Shown: piece by piece, positions 39,577 through 52,780 of the stretch
Numbering within the stretch: the first letter of the stretch is position 1
How the letters are laid out: each line of letters opens with the position of its first letter
Source: Eledone cirrhosa
Taxonomy: Eukaryota
DNA length: 64,000 nt
Reading direction: 5' to 3'
Assembly: GCA_964016885.1 (NCBI GenBank)
Contig: CAXHJY010001677.1
Location: 1-64,000 of the forward strand
Position numbers and translations under genes: made by a program
Notes under the pieces: model-generated
The model's database searches: none
What the model was told of the DNA's origin: nothing
What the model saw: the letters and a program-made list of their open reading frames with translations, nothing else

Positions 39577-42500
39577 ATTTCGTTTCTGAATTTGTTTAGC
39601 AAGATTCTTTATCTGAAATCGTGTGTTGAAACCGATATCGTTATACTTTGGGAGGGTCATGTTGCCAATAAGAAACACACGCACCAGTTCCTTTCACTTC
39701 AATTTATTATAATAAATTTATAAATTTAGGAATTTATAAATTTCTGGTTGGTTGGTTGGTTCCACAACCAGATAGTTGTTTATATATATTGTCAAAATTC
39801 TTTCGTCACACATTCTGTGACCTCTTCAGTGACTGGGAATACTTTTCTTTGTTTTTGTGCCTCTCCTTTGTTCTGTCCTACGCCATTTTGTTTCTGTGTG
39901 TGTATTGTGTTCTCAGTTTGCGAATGCGCCATATCCGGGTGTCTGTGTGTGTTTATATTTGTTTATTTATTTGTTTATTTACATGTTACCGGTTGGTTGT
40001 TTGTTCTATGTGTGTGTGTGTTTTCATTTTGTCCTCAATTGTAAGTTGTGATGTTGCTGTTCCACTCATATTTTCTATTTAAGTTTTGGTTGTAATTCTT
40101 TTATGTTTATTGCCTCTGTGATTTGTCCAAACATTGCGTCTTTTCTGTGTGTAGATTCTATTTTTATTTCTATGTCCTCTAATTTACCCTTATGTTCTAT
40201 TTTAGCATGTTGGTAGAGTACAGATGATTCTTTACTATCTTGAAGGTCTCGCCAGTGTTCATTTATCCGTTCCCTTATACTACGAGCTGTCTCACCTATG
40301 TACACTATATTTTTGTCTCTACATTGTCCTTCAGTACATCTTATGCTATACACAACATTTTTAGTTGTACAGTTAATATGGGGGATTATTTTACAGGGTA
40401 TACATTTCTTATCTATACAGGGGGGTCTTTGGAAAGGGTATGTCTTGCTAATAAGTGTTTTTACATCAACAGACACACAGACACAAACAGCAATAACAAC
40501 AACACACACACCAACAATAATAACATAGCCAGAAACAACAACAACAGACACGCAGACACAAACAACAATAACAACACACACAACAATAATAACACACACG
40601 GAGACAACAGCAACAACACACATCAACAACAACAACACACACACATTCAATACCCCTCACCACCATCACAATCTTTACAAACACACAGACACAGAAAACA
40701 AGTAATGACAGTACCACAGAAATCACAGAAATAAGGGAAATTAATAGGATTAAAAGGAGAAGGGAGACTATGGACAAAGAAAATAACCAAGACGAACACA
40801 CAGACACACAAAATAGAGTAGATAATAACAATGAGCCAGTGGAAAGAGACATGAGTAATTATGAGAGACATAGAAACAACCATGAGGCTGTTGGTGGAAA
40901 TAGAAATAGAAATAGAAATAGAAACAACACAACTAACAATAACAATAGCACTAGTACACATAAAGCAGCAGCCTGGAACTCTACCTTTTATAATCCCTCC
41001 GATGAGACGTTCGACCTGCGACGAGTCCACGCCTCGACTTTACCATTTAACAAACGCACGCAATTGCCGTCGCAGGTCGATGAACAAACAGAAGCACAAT
41101 TTAGTATAGCTAAATCCGAACTTAGAAATATTATAGAACAGTATAGCAAGAAGCATAATAGAATGGAGGCCCAGCAACTAGGAGAAAAATCTGCAAATGG
41201 CTTGCGTAAGCTCATGCAGCGCTCGCGTAATGGAGAGATAGCATGCTTTCCAACAGACAAGTCTGGCAGAATGTCAGTTGACAGCCTGCCAAACTACATC
41301 CAGGCAATGCAACCCCACATCACTAACACAACAGAGGTAACACCACAGGAGCATGAGGATAGAGAAAAAACCCTCAATGCTCATATGGTGATGTGGACGA
41401 ATATAATGCAGCCCAACAAAAGGACTGCCAACAACTTCCAGGCCTGAAACAATGACGTGCCGGCGTTTTATGGGCTTCGAAAAGACCATAAAACGGGCAG
41501 TGACCCTGTCACGGGACCACCAACACGGCCAGTCTGTGGGGCCAACATTGCTAGTAATTACAGACTGTCCTACTTCCTCTCCCCGATCATACGCCCCATC
41601 ATTGAAATGTCCCCAGATGTATGTGACAGCACGGAGGACCTCCTCAGCAGAATCGGCGGGGGTAACCGATCTAGGGACCTAACAAACTGCATAATAGGTA
41701 GTATGGATGTTGTGTCCCTGTATCCATCTATTGGCGTGGATTTTGCTGTGGAGAAATGCGTAGAAATGATCAGTGAGAGCAATGCTGAGTTCCGTGGGAT
41801 TGATACCAGTGAGCTGGGACTCCTACTTAAACTTACCTATAGTAATAATTACCTAGACACATATGACCTTAGCAACCTGTGCCCTACAAGACCAGCAAGA
41901 GGCAGACCACCTACCATTACCTCAATTGCCAAGAAAACCCACACAGATATATGGAACGGGTGGACCAGAGCCGTACGGACACCCGAAAACCACGATGAAC
42001 TGAAGAAAATGATTGCACATGATGTAGGGCCCAGCATAAAACTAACCCTTAAGGAACATATGTTCAAATTTAATGGAAAAACATATGCCCAAGAAGAAGG
42101 AGCAGCCATTGGTGTTAGCATTGCAGGCGACATAGCTAACTTATTCATGGTATGGTGGGACAGTAGACTTAAACTTAAACTTAAAGAACAATTAGAAGAC
42201 CCCTTAACCCTGATAATGTACTCCCGGTACGTTGACGATATAAACATCGTAGTTAAGAAACCCCCACTAGAGAACAGTCAGGAACTAGAAAAGAACACAA
42301 TGGAAAGCATCCAGCAAATAGCTAACTCCATCCACCAGAGTATTAGAGTTACTATAGACTACCCAAGTAAATACCCAAACCATCGATTACCTGTACTAGA
42401 CACATGAGCTCTGGTTAGATACCATTAATAATAAAAAACAAATCCTCAATTCCCATTATGCCAAACCCATGACTTCCAAACATCTGATCCACCGAAACTC

Positions 42501-42992
42501 GGCTGTTTCGGACCATTCCAAAATCAACATACTGATTGCGGATTTGGTATGGGTGATGAGAAACGTGTCCCGCATGTGCAACCACGAAGAACTAGAGAGA
42601 CACATACAACACTTCATCCACCGTATGCAGTTCTCTGGTTACAATCAGAGAGATAGAATCAGAGTGTATAGAGGAGCCAGAACCAAATGGGAAAAAATGG
42701 TAAATAATGACACAAATGGGACCTGCCCCTTTTATAGGAGCAACTTTTGGAATAGAATAGAAAGAACTAGGAATAAGGCTAATAGAATAAACTCATGGTA
42801 TGATAGCAATAAATACCAGATTGTAATGTTCATTATAACAACCCCTAAAGGTGAATTAGCTTACAAATTTAGAAGGGCCCTAGATAAACATAAACTCAAT
42901 ATTAAGATAGTAGAAAGACCAGGTACCTCCGTAAAAACACTTATTAGCAAGACATACCCTTTCCAAAGACCCTCCTGTATAGATAAGAAATG
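39577..42992 (+). mobile_element. PLE family B: inverted 3' segment (39577-40464, HHR 39791-39833 minus) plus truncated plus-strand RT region
   Basis: GSMDVVSLYPSI, GAAIG, YSRYVDD; GIY-YIG VVYSIRC..YIGET on minus strand. Confidence 0.9.
41457..42407 (+). pseudogene. PLE family-B RT core (interrupted ORF)
   Basis: FYGLRKDHK, TRPVCGA, MDVVSLYPSI, RYVDD; upstream stop and downstream frameshift. Confidence 0.85.
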
Positions 42993-42998
42993 TATATG

Positions 42999-43061
<63 letters not shown>

Positions 43062-43131
43062 ATACACATATATATATATACATATATATATATATACATA
43101 TATATATACACATATATATATATATACACAC

Positions 43132-43245
<114 letters not shown>

Positions 43246-43496
43246 TAAAACATGTCTATAGAATCACCAGATAAAATATATACAATTTCCTCTCCCAATT
43301 AGCATAATAAACTATATAAAAAATCGAATAGACCAGGCTATAAGAATAAGGCTTCTATGAAGAAATCCCCAACAAATAACCGAAACTAGCCCTTCGCGTC
43401 GGCTACGACGGAATATTTATCGAATATTTCGACAGCGTAATCGTTAAACAGAATTAGGTGTAAAATAAACTAGGAGAAAATAGAATACATTTATTT

Positions 43497-43573
43497 ACTT
43501 CTACCATGGTTTCGTCCGCAATTTGAGATTTCCAATATCTTCGGAAATTCGAGCATCGGACTCTTCAGGAATT
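43497..43573 (-). ncRNA. Type I HHR, long stem II, palindromic stem III
   Basis: TTC-CTGAAGA-GTCCG...CGGAC-GAAA-CCATGG-TA-GAA. Confidence 0.85.
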
Positions 43574-43772
43574 TGCTCTAATCTAGACAATAAATTTTCC
43601 AAAGTGATCGCGACAAGAATACATTAAAAAATGGCTAAGAATCGTGACGTAGCAGCGGTCAGGTTGGAAGGAGTGTGGTAGTGACTTATCGCTGGTGGCT
43701 TTTTGCTAGAAAGCACATCACAATACAGCCAAATTTGTATCTCAACCTAATAGGAGATAATTACATATAAAG

Positions 43773-43851
<79 letters not shown>

Positions 43852-44201
43852 CATATATAAATATACGTGTTTTGCAACTGGTCACTGTGTGGCTCACTGA
43901 AAAGTTAATAAATTAAATAATCAGAGCTATATATCATAAAACATGTCTATAGAATCACCAGATAAAATATATACCATTTCCTCTCCCATTAGCATAATTA
44001 ACTATATAAAAAATAGAATAGACCAGGCTATAAGAATAGGGCTTCTATGAAGAAATCTCCAACAAATAACCGAAACTAGCCCTTCGCGTCGGCTACGACG
44101 GAATATTTATCGAATATTTCGACAGCGTAATCGCCCAGATACAGTCAATTAAACAGAATTAGGTGTAAAATAAACTAGGAGAGAAGAGAATACATTTATT
44201 T

Positions 44202-44278
44202 ACCTCTACCATGGTTTCGTCCGCATTTTGAGATTTCCAATATCTTCGGAAATTCGAGCATCGGACTCTTCAGGAGTT
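44202..44278 (-). ncRNA. Type I HHR, second copy
   Basis: CTC-CTGAAGA-GTCCG...CGGAC-GAAA-CCATGG-TA-GAG. Confidence 0.85.
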
Positions 44279-44899
44279 TGCTCTAATCTAGACAATATAT
44301 ATATATATATATATATACATATATACATATATACATATATATATATACATATATACATATATACATATATACATATATACATATATACATATTTCGTTTC
44401 TGAATTTGTTTAGCAAGATTCTTTATCTGAAATCGTGTGTTGAAACCGATATTGTTATACTTTGGGAGGGTTATGTTGCTAATAAGAAACACACGCACCA
44501 GTTGCTTTCACTTCAATTTATTATATATTTATAAATTTATAAATTTACAAATCTACAAATTTATAAATTTCTGGTTGGTTGGTTCCACAACCAGATAGTT
44601 GTTTATATATATAGTCATAGTCCTTTCGTCACACACTCTGTGACCTCTTCAGTGACTGGGGATTCCTTTCTTTGTTTTTGTGCCTTTCCTTTCTTCTGTC
44701 CTACGCCATTTTGTTTCTGTGTGTGTGTTGTGTGCTCAGTTTGCGCATGCGCCATATCCGGGTGTCTGTGTGTGTTTGTGTTCATTTATCTATTTGTTTA
44801 TTTATTTACATGTTATTGGTTGATTGTTTGTTCTATGTGTGTGTGTGTTTTCATTTTGTCCTTAATTGTAAGTTGTGATGTTGCTGTTCCACTCATATT

Positions 44900-47800
44900 T
44901 TCTATTTAATTTTGGTTGTTATTCTTTTATGTTTATTGCCTCTGTAATTTGTCTAAACATAGCATCTTTTCTGTGTGTAGATTCTATTTTTATTTCTATG
45001 TTCTCTAATTTACCCTTGTGTTCTATATTAGCATGTTGGTACAGTACGGATGATTCTTTATTATCTTGAAGGTCTCGCCAGTGTTCATTTATCCGTTCCC
45101 CTATACTACGAGCTGTCTCACCTATGTACACTATATTTGTGTTTCTACATTGTCCTTCAGTACATCTTATGCTATACACTACATTTCTAGTTTTACAGTT
45201 AATATGGGGGCTTATTTTACAGGTTATACATTTCTTATCTATACATGAGGGTCTTTGGAACGGGTATGTCTTGCTAATAAGTGTTTTTACGGTGGTACCT
45301 GGTCTTTCTACTATCTTAATATTGAGTTTACGTTTATTTAGGGCCCTTCTAAATTTGTAGGCTAGTTCGCTTCTAGGGGTTGTATCGACGAACATTACAC
45401 TCTGGTATTTATTGCTATCATACCATGAGTTTATTCTATTGGCCTTGTTCCTAGTTCTTTCTATTCTATTCCAAAATTTGCTCCTATAAAAGGGGCAGGT
45501 CCCATTTACGTCATTATTTACCATTTTTTCCCATTTGGTTCTGGCTCCTCTATACACTCTGATTCTATCTCTCTGATTGTAGCCAGAGAACTGCATACGG
45601 TGGATGAAGTGTTGTATGTGTCTCTCTAGTTCTTCGGGGTTGCACATGCGGGACACATTTCTCATCACCCGTACCAAATCCGAAATCAGTATGTTGATTT
45701 CGGTATGGTCCGAAATGGCCGAGTTTCGGTGGATCAGATGTTTGGAAGTCATGGGTTTGGCATAATGGGAATGGAGGATTTATTTTTGGTTGTTAATGGT
45801 ATCTAACCAGAGCTCTGTGTCTAGTACAGGTAATCGATGGTTGGGGTGTCTACTTGGGTAGTCTATAGTAACTCTAATGCTCTGGTGGATGGAGTTTGCT
45901 ATTTGCTGGATGCTTTCCATTGTGTTTCTCTCTAGTTCCTGACTGTTCTCTAGTGGGGGTGTCTTAACTACGATGTTTATATCCTCTACGTAGCGGGAGT
46001 ACATTATCAGGGTTAAGCTGTCTTCTGATTGTTCTTTAAGTTTAAGTTTAAGTCTACTGTCCCACCATACCATGAATAAGTTAGCTATGTCGCCTGCAAT
46101 GCTAACACCAATGGCTGCTCCTTCCTCCTGGGCATATGTTTTCCATTAAATTTGAACATATGTTCCTTAAGGGTTAATTTTATGCTGGCCCCTACCGCAT
46201 GTGCAATCATTTTCTTCAGTTCATCGTGGTTTTCGGGTGTCCGTATGGCTCTGGTCCACCCATTCCATCTATCTGTGTGGGTTTTCTTGGCCATTGAGGT
46301 AATGGTAGGTGGTCTGCCTCTTGCTGGTCTTGTAGGGCACAGGTTGCTAAGGTCATAAGTGTCTAGGTAACTATTACTATGGGTAAGTTTAAGTAGACGT
46401 CCCAGCTCACTGGTATCAATCCCACGGAACTCAAACTTGCTCTCGCTGATCATTTCTACGCATTTCTCCACAGCAAAATCCACGCCAATAGATGGATACA
46501 GGGACACAACATCCATACTGCCTATTATGCAGTTTGTTAGGTCCCCAGATCCGTTACCCACGCCGATTCTGCTGAGGAGGTCCTCCGTGCTGTCACATAC
46601 ATCTGGGGACATCTCAATGATGGGGCGTATGATCAGGGAGAGGAAGTAGGACAGTCTGTAGTTACTAGCAATGTTAGCTCCACAGACTGGCCGTGTTGGT
46701 GGTCCCGCGACAGGGTCACAGCCCGTTTTATGGTCTTTTCGAAGCCCATACAATGCCGGCTCGTCGTTTGTTCCAGGCCTGGAAGTTGTTGGCAGTCCTT
46801 TTGTTGGGCTGCATTATATTCGTCCACATCACCATATGGGCATTGAGGGCTTTTTCTCTATCCTCATGCTCCTGTGGTGTTACCTCTCTTGTGTTAGTGA
46901 TGTGGGGTTGCATTGCCTGGATGTAGTTTGGCAGGCTGTCAACCGACATTCTGCCAGACTTGTCTGTTGGAAAGCATGCTATCTCTCCATTACGTGAGCG
47001 CTGCATGAGCTTACGCAAGCCATTTGCAGATTTTTCTCATAGTTGCTGGGCCTCTATTCTATTATGCTTCTTGCTATACTGTTCTATAATATTTCTAAGT
47101 TCGGATCTAGCTATACTAAATTGTGCTTCTGTTTGTTCATTGACCTGCGACGGCAACTGCGTGCGTTTGTTAAATGGTAAAGTCGTGGCGTGGACTCGTC
47201 GCAGGTCGAATGATTTATCGGAGGGATTATAAAACGGAGAGTTCCAGGCTGCTGCTTTATGTGTACTAGTGCTATTGTTATTGTTAGTTGTGTTGTTTCT
47301 ATTTCTATTTCCACCAACAGCCTCATGGTTGTTTCTATGTCTCTCATAATTACTCATGTCTCTTTCCACTGGCTCAATGTTGTTACCTACCCTATTTTGT
47401 GTGTCTGTGTGTTCGTCTTGGTTATTCTCTTTGTCCTTAGTCTCCCTTCCCCTCTTAATCCTATTACTTTCCCTTATTTCTGTGATTTCTGTGCTACTGT
47501 CATTACTTGCTTTCTGTGTCTGTGTGTTTGTTAAGATTGTGGTGGTGGTGAGAGGCATTGAATGCGTGTGTGTTGTTGTTGTTGATGTGTGCTGTTGTTG
47601 ATGTGTGTTGTTGTTGTCTCCGTGTGTGCTATCGTTGTTGTGTGTGTTATTATTGTTGGTTGTGTCTGCGTGTCTGTTGTTGTTGTTTCTGTGTATGTTA
47701 TTATTGTTGTTGATGTGTGTGTTGTTGTTGTTGTTGTTTGTGTCTGTGTGTCTGTTGTTGTTGGGATGTGTGTTGTATATGTGTGTGCGTATATTGTTGC

Positions 47801-48542
47801 TTTTGTTTTTGATGCTCCAGCGTAGTTTTGTAAATGATTTTTCTATTTCTGACAGACAACTAATCATATTTACCTTCTTGAATGTCGCAAATTTCGGCGG
47901 CAAACATAACACAGACATTTAATCATTATCTATTTTTGTGTTTCCATATATGTTGGTGTTTTTGTTGTTGAACTCTTCTGATAATGAGGTGTCGGCCATG
48001 TTGATACCGTCAATTTTGTCGGGATATCTATTGGTATACTCTATAGTATCCTGATTTAGTTTTGCCTGTTTAAGCCACTTTAGTTTCCTGTTAAAGTGCT
48101 TATCACATTCTTGAGTAATGTACTGTTCTTCAGGGCGTATAAGGCTTATAAATATTAGTTTCTCTCTTGGTGTGGTGATTTTAGCTATTTCTTGTATTAG
48201 GTTACGCTTTTGTTTTTCTTGATGACTTAATTCTCTATAGATCTTCTTTTTTATGTTTAAAATTAATGTTCGTATTAGCCTATCTGCTTGTTTTTTGGTG
48301 AGTTGTAATCTTCTAACGTCGGTATTGATGGTGTTGGTGTAGATTCTGTATGAGGCACATTGCTTTATGAAGGATAGTTGTCGAGATGTTATGGTTTTTC
48401 GTAGACAACAGAACATGGTGGTTTTCAGTATCTTGTTAGCCTGGCTAAGGCTTACGATATTTCGTTTCTGAATTTGTTTAGCAAGATTCTTTATCTGAAA
48501 TCGTGTGTTGAAACCGATATTGTTATACTTTGGGAGGGTCAT
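44900..48542 (-). pseudogene. Disrupted PLE polyprotein: N-terminal, Asn/Thr-rich linker, RT, GIY-YIG
   Basis: [10 protein letters not shown] start, [51 protein letters not shown]. Confidence 0.88.
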
Positions 48543-48674
48543 GTTGCCAATAAGAGTTACTATAGTCTACCCAAGTAGACAGCCCAACCATCGATTACCT
48601 GTACTAGACACAGAGCTCTGGTTAGATACCATTAACAACCAAAAACAAATCCTCCATCCCATTATGCCAAACCC

Positions 48675-49493
48675 ATGACTTCCAAACATCTGATCCACCG
48701 AAACTCGGCCATTTCGGACCATACCAAAATCAACATACTGATTGCGGATTTGGTACGGGTGATGAGAAATGTGTCCCGCATGTGCAACCCCGAAGAACTA
48801 GAGAGACACATACAACACTTCATCCACCGTATGCAGTTCTCTGGCTACAATCAGAGAGATAGAATCAGAGTGTATAGAGGAGCCAGAACCAAATGGGAAA
48901 AAATGGTAAATAATGACATAAATGGGACCTGCCCCTTGTATAGGAGCAAATTTTGGAATAGAATAGAAAGAACTAGGAACAAGGCCAATAGAATAAACTC
49001 ATGGTATGATAGCAATAAATACCAGAGTGTAATGTTCATCGATACAACCCCTAGAGGCGAACAAGCCTACAAATTTAGAAGGGCCCTAAATAAACATAAA
49101 CTCAATATTAAGATAGTAGAAAGACCAGGTACCTCCGTAAAAACACTTATTAGCAAGACATACCCGTTCCAAAGACCCTCATGTATAGATAAGAAATGTA
49201 TAACCTGTAAAATAAGCCCCCATATTAACTGTAAAACTAGAAATGTAGTGTATAGCATAAGATGTACTGAAGGACAATGTAGAAACAAAAATATAGTGTA
49301 CATAGGTGAGACAGCTCGTAGTATAGGGGAACGGATAAATGAACACTGGCGAGACCTTCAAGATAATAAAGAATCATCCGTACTGTACCAACATGCTAAT
49401 ATAGAACACAAGGGTAAATTAGAGAACATAGAAATAAAAATAGAATCTACACACAGAAAATATGCTATGTTAGACAAATTACAGAGGCAATAA
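48675..49493 (+). CDS. PLE family-B thumb plus GIY-YIG (truncated inverted copy)
   Basis: Nearly identical to 44919-45752. Confidence 0.8.
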   Translation: MTSKHLIHRNSAISDHTKINILIADLVRVMRNVSRMCNPEELERHIQHFIHRMQFSGYNQRDRIRVYRGARTKWEKMVNNDINGTCPLYRSKFWNRIERTRNKANRINSWYDSNKYQSVMFIDTTPRGEQAYKFRRALNKHKLNIKIVERPGTSVKTLISKTYPFQRPSCIDKKCITCKISPHINCKTRNVVYSIRCTEGQCRNKNIVYIGETARSIGERINEHWRDLQDNKESSVLYQHANIEHKGKLENIEIKIESTHRKYAMLDKLQRQ

Positions 49494-50067
49494 AGATAAA
49501 AGAATTACAACCAAAATTAAATAGAAAATATGAGTGGAACAGCAACATCACAACTTACAATTAAGGACAAAATGAAAATACACACACACATAGAACAAAC
49601 AATCAACCAATAACATGTAAATAAATAAACAAATAAATAAATGAACACAAACACACACAGACACCCGGATATGGCGCATGCGCAAACTGAGCACACAACA
49701 CACACACAGAAACAAAATGGCGTAGGACAGAAGAAAGGAAAGGCACAAAAACAAAGAAAGGAATCCCCAGTCACTGAAGAGGTCACAGAGTGTGTGACGA
49801 AAGGACTATGACTATATATATAAACAACTATCTGGTTGTGGAACCAACCAACCAACCAGAAATTTATAAATTTGTAGATTTGTAAATTTATAAGTTTATA
49901 AATATATAATAAATTGAAGTGAAAGCAACTGGTGCGTGTGTTTCTTATTGGCAACATGACCCTCCCAAAGTATAACAATATATATACATATATATTCATA
50001 TATATATATACATATATATGTATACATATATATATATATACATATACATATATACGTATATATATAC

Positions 50068-50098
<31 letters not shown>

Positions 50099-50099
<1 letters not shown>

Positions 50100-50897
50100 T
50101 GGAATAAATGCTCTGAAATAGCGATATATATGTGAATATAGACATAGAATATTCGAAAATATTCTGTATGTTTATAATAAACATTTTGAAGACCTAATCG
50201 CTATAGAATAGAATACGTCACGTATTACAATTAGATTCTCGATAAAAGCAAGGGAAGTAATCTACGGGTTTCATTCTTATTAGAAATCTTCAGGACTACA
50301 TATCCAGTGCTTTTATCGAGAATGACACAGCTAGAGACTTATAGAATACTTAGCTGTGTACAGGAACTGGTTTGAAAGAGCGGTTGCCGGTCCGGCAGAA
50401 ATTAGAAATTGGAATAAATGCTCTGAAATAGCGATATATATGTGAATATATACATAGAATATTCGAAAATATTCTGTATGTTTATAATAAACATTTTGAA
50501 GACCTAATCGCTATAGAATAGAATACGTCACGTATTACAATTAGATTCTCGATAAAAGCAAGGGAAGTAATCTACGCGTTTCATTCTTATTAGAAATCTT
50601 CAGAACTACATATCCAGTGCTTTTATCGAGAATGACACAGCTAGAGACTTATAGAATACTTAGCTGTGTACAGGAACTGGTTTGAAAGAGCGGTTGCCGG
50701 TCCGGCAGAAATTAGAAATTGTAATAAATGCTCTGAAATAGCGATATATATGTGAATATAGACATAGAATATTCGAAAATATTCTGTATGTTTATAATAA
50801 ACATTTTGAAGACCTAATCGCTATAGAATAGAATACGTCACGTATTACAATTAGATTCTCGATAAAAGCAAGGGAAGTAATCTACGCGTTTCATTCT
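50099..50897 (-). repeat. 310-bp tandem array (~2.6 units) with one HHR per unit; retrozyme-like
   Basis: Units start at 50101, 50411 and 50721. Confidence 0.93.
50236..50322 (-). ncRNA. Extended type I HHR (second copy at 50546-50632)
   Basis: 15-bp distal stem I TTCTCGATAAAAGCA/TGCTTTTATCGAGAA, internal loop, GTAGTC-CTGAAGA-T-TTCT/AGAA-T-GAAA-C(C/G)CG-TA-GATTAC. Confidence 0.88.
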
Positions 50898-51522
50898 TTT
50901 ATATATTGTACGTATATCACTTGTTGAACATAGCTTGATAGCTTATGCATTTGCCAGTCTTATCTTTACCCACACCTTCCTTTATGTTGTATATTTTACT
51001 CCATTTTTTTGGTGTATTGTTTTATTTATCTTCTGGTGTATATTTTACTTTACTTTATTTTATTTTATTTCATTTTATTTTTTATCTTTTATCTATTTTT
51101 TATCTATTTTTTATCTATTTTTTTATCTATTTTTTATATATTTTTTATCTATTTTTATCTATTTTTTACCTAGTTTTTATTTATTTTTTATCTATGTTTT
51201 ATCTATGTTTTATCCATTTTTTATCTATTTTTTTTATCTATTTTTTATCTATGTTTTATCTATTTTTTATCTATTTTTTATCTATTTTTTATCTATTTTT
51301 TTATCTATTTTTTATCAACCTCTTATCTATTTTTTATCTTTCTCTATCTCTTAACTTGTGCCCATCCGTCTATGATATGTTATTTGTATTAGTGTATACT
51401 GTATGTGTTGCATACGGGTGCTTGTGTGTAGGTGCATGCGGGTACTCATGATTATGCGTATACTTGTATGTAGCTGTATATTAACGGAACCCTGCCCAAC
51501 TGTGAGTGATAACATTTCTTAT

Positions 51523-51706
51523 TTTTCATTTTTATTTTTATTTTTATTTTTATTTTTATTTTTATTTTTATTTTTATTTTTATTTTTATTTTTATTTTTA
51601 TTTTTATTTTTATTTTTATTTTTATTTTTATTTTTATTTTTATTTTTATTTTTATTTTTATTTTTATTTTTATTTTTATTTTTATTTTTATTTTTATTTT
51701 TATTTT
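51523..51706. repeat. (TTTTTA)n microsatellite; (TTTTTATCTA)-like tract at 51040-51340
   Basis: Direct. Confidence 0.95.
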
Positions 51707-51828
51707 ACTCTTTTCTTATTTTACTCCTTTTACTTTACTCTTTAAACTCCTCCCAACTTATGGTATCCCCACATATATTCTTCTGTTTTGGCTTTGTCAA
51801 TGCTTGTATACTATGTATTTACTCTTTA

Positions 51829-51874
51829 TGCTCTGAAGAGTCCCACTTCTAGTGTGGACGAAACACTGTTAGCA
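51829..51874 (+). ncRNA. Canonical-core type I HHR
   Basis: TGCT-CTGAAGA-GTCC-CACT/AGTG-T-GGAC-GAAA-CACTG-TT-AGCA. Confidence 0.8.
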
Positions 51875-52078
51875 ATTAAAGATATACCTATGTTCTAAGC
51901 GCTCTTTGTTGTTAATTGTATATATATATACATATATATATATATACACATATATATATGTATGTACATATATACATATATTCACATATATATATACATA
52001 TATATATACATATATACATATATGTATACACATATATATATACGTATATATATATATAGATACATATATATATATACG

Positions 52079-52112
<34 letters not shown>

Positions 52113-52138
52113 CATATATACATATATATATATATACT

Positions 52139-52168
<30 letters not shown>

Positions 52169-52169
<1 letters not shown>

Positions 52170-52680
52170 GGTGGCTGCCAACTCGTTTTCGAGTACGGCC
52201 ACTACTTTATATTATTGACACATAGTTCTGGGCCCATGATACGATGTGATGACAAGTGCAGAGAGATCTCCAGATATAAAGCAATGCCTTGCCCTGAAGC
52301 TTTTATAGTGAACAAAGGCACTGCACAAAGCCAGTCCCACTCTCTTAACCAAGATGATATTTACCAAAAAGAAGAACAAGTCAACATCATTGGATACCAT
52401 CAGAGTTGCAGGTGTTATATCAGAGTTTTCTTTCTCCTAGAATTCTGCCTTGACAAAGGCTAAGGTATCATCTCTCCCAGTGATTTTGGATGGCCATTGA
52501 CTCTTAAGAGCTCCTTTGCCCTTTGACAGGTTTTGTTTTTAGTCCTGCAGGATGTCCAAAGTCACCCTCCTCACCAAGAAACCTTGGTGGGGTTGCCAGT
52601 TTAGTCGCCAACGACCCGACCATGAGACAGGTTGTACTGGAATACATGTTACCAGTAGCACCAACTGGTCACCTGACATA
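52169..52680 (-). mobile_element. RTE-derived bipartite element including its 5' head
   Basis: Homologous to 33234-33763 with an internal deletion. Confidence 0.75.
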
Positions 52681-52736
52681 CATATATATACATTCATATA
52701 TATATACATATATATATATACTTATATATACATACA

Positions 52737-52772
<36 letters not shown>

Positions 52773-52780
52773 CATACATA

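Larger units (their letters stand above)
44392..49982 (-). mobile_element. Near full-length PLE family B (44392-48555) with inverted 3' copy (48556-49982, plus)
   Basis: ORF pieces 48542-47919, 47918-47037, 46753-46085, 45752-44919; HHRs at 44613-44657 (minus) and 49770-49812 (plus); both ends in (TA)n. Confidence 0.93.

Noticed and set aside
41445-41447. In-frame TGA in the PLE ORF as possible selenocysteine
   Set aside because: The paralogous copy (about 46773, minus) has TGG (Trp), so this is a point mutation; the TGA at 42405 comes from a 1-bp insertion
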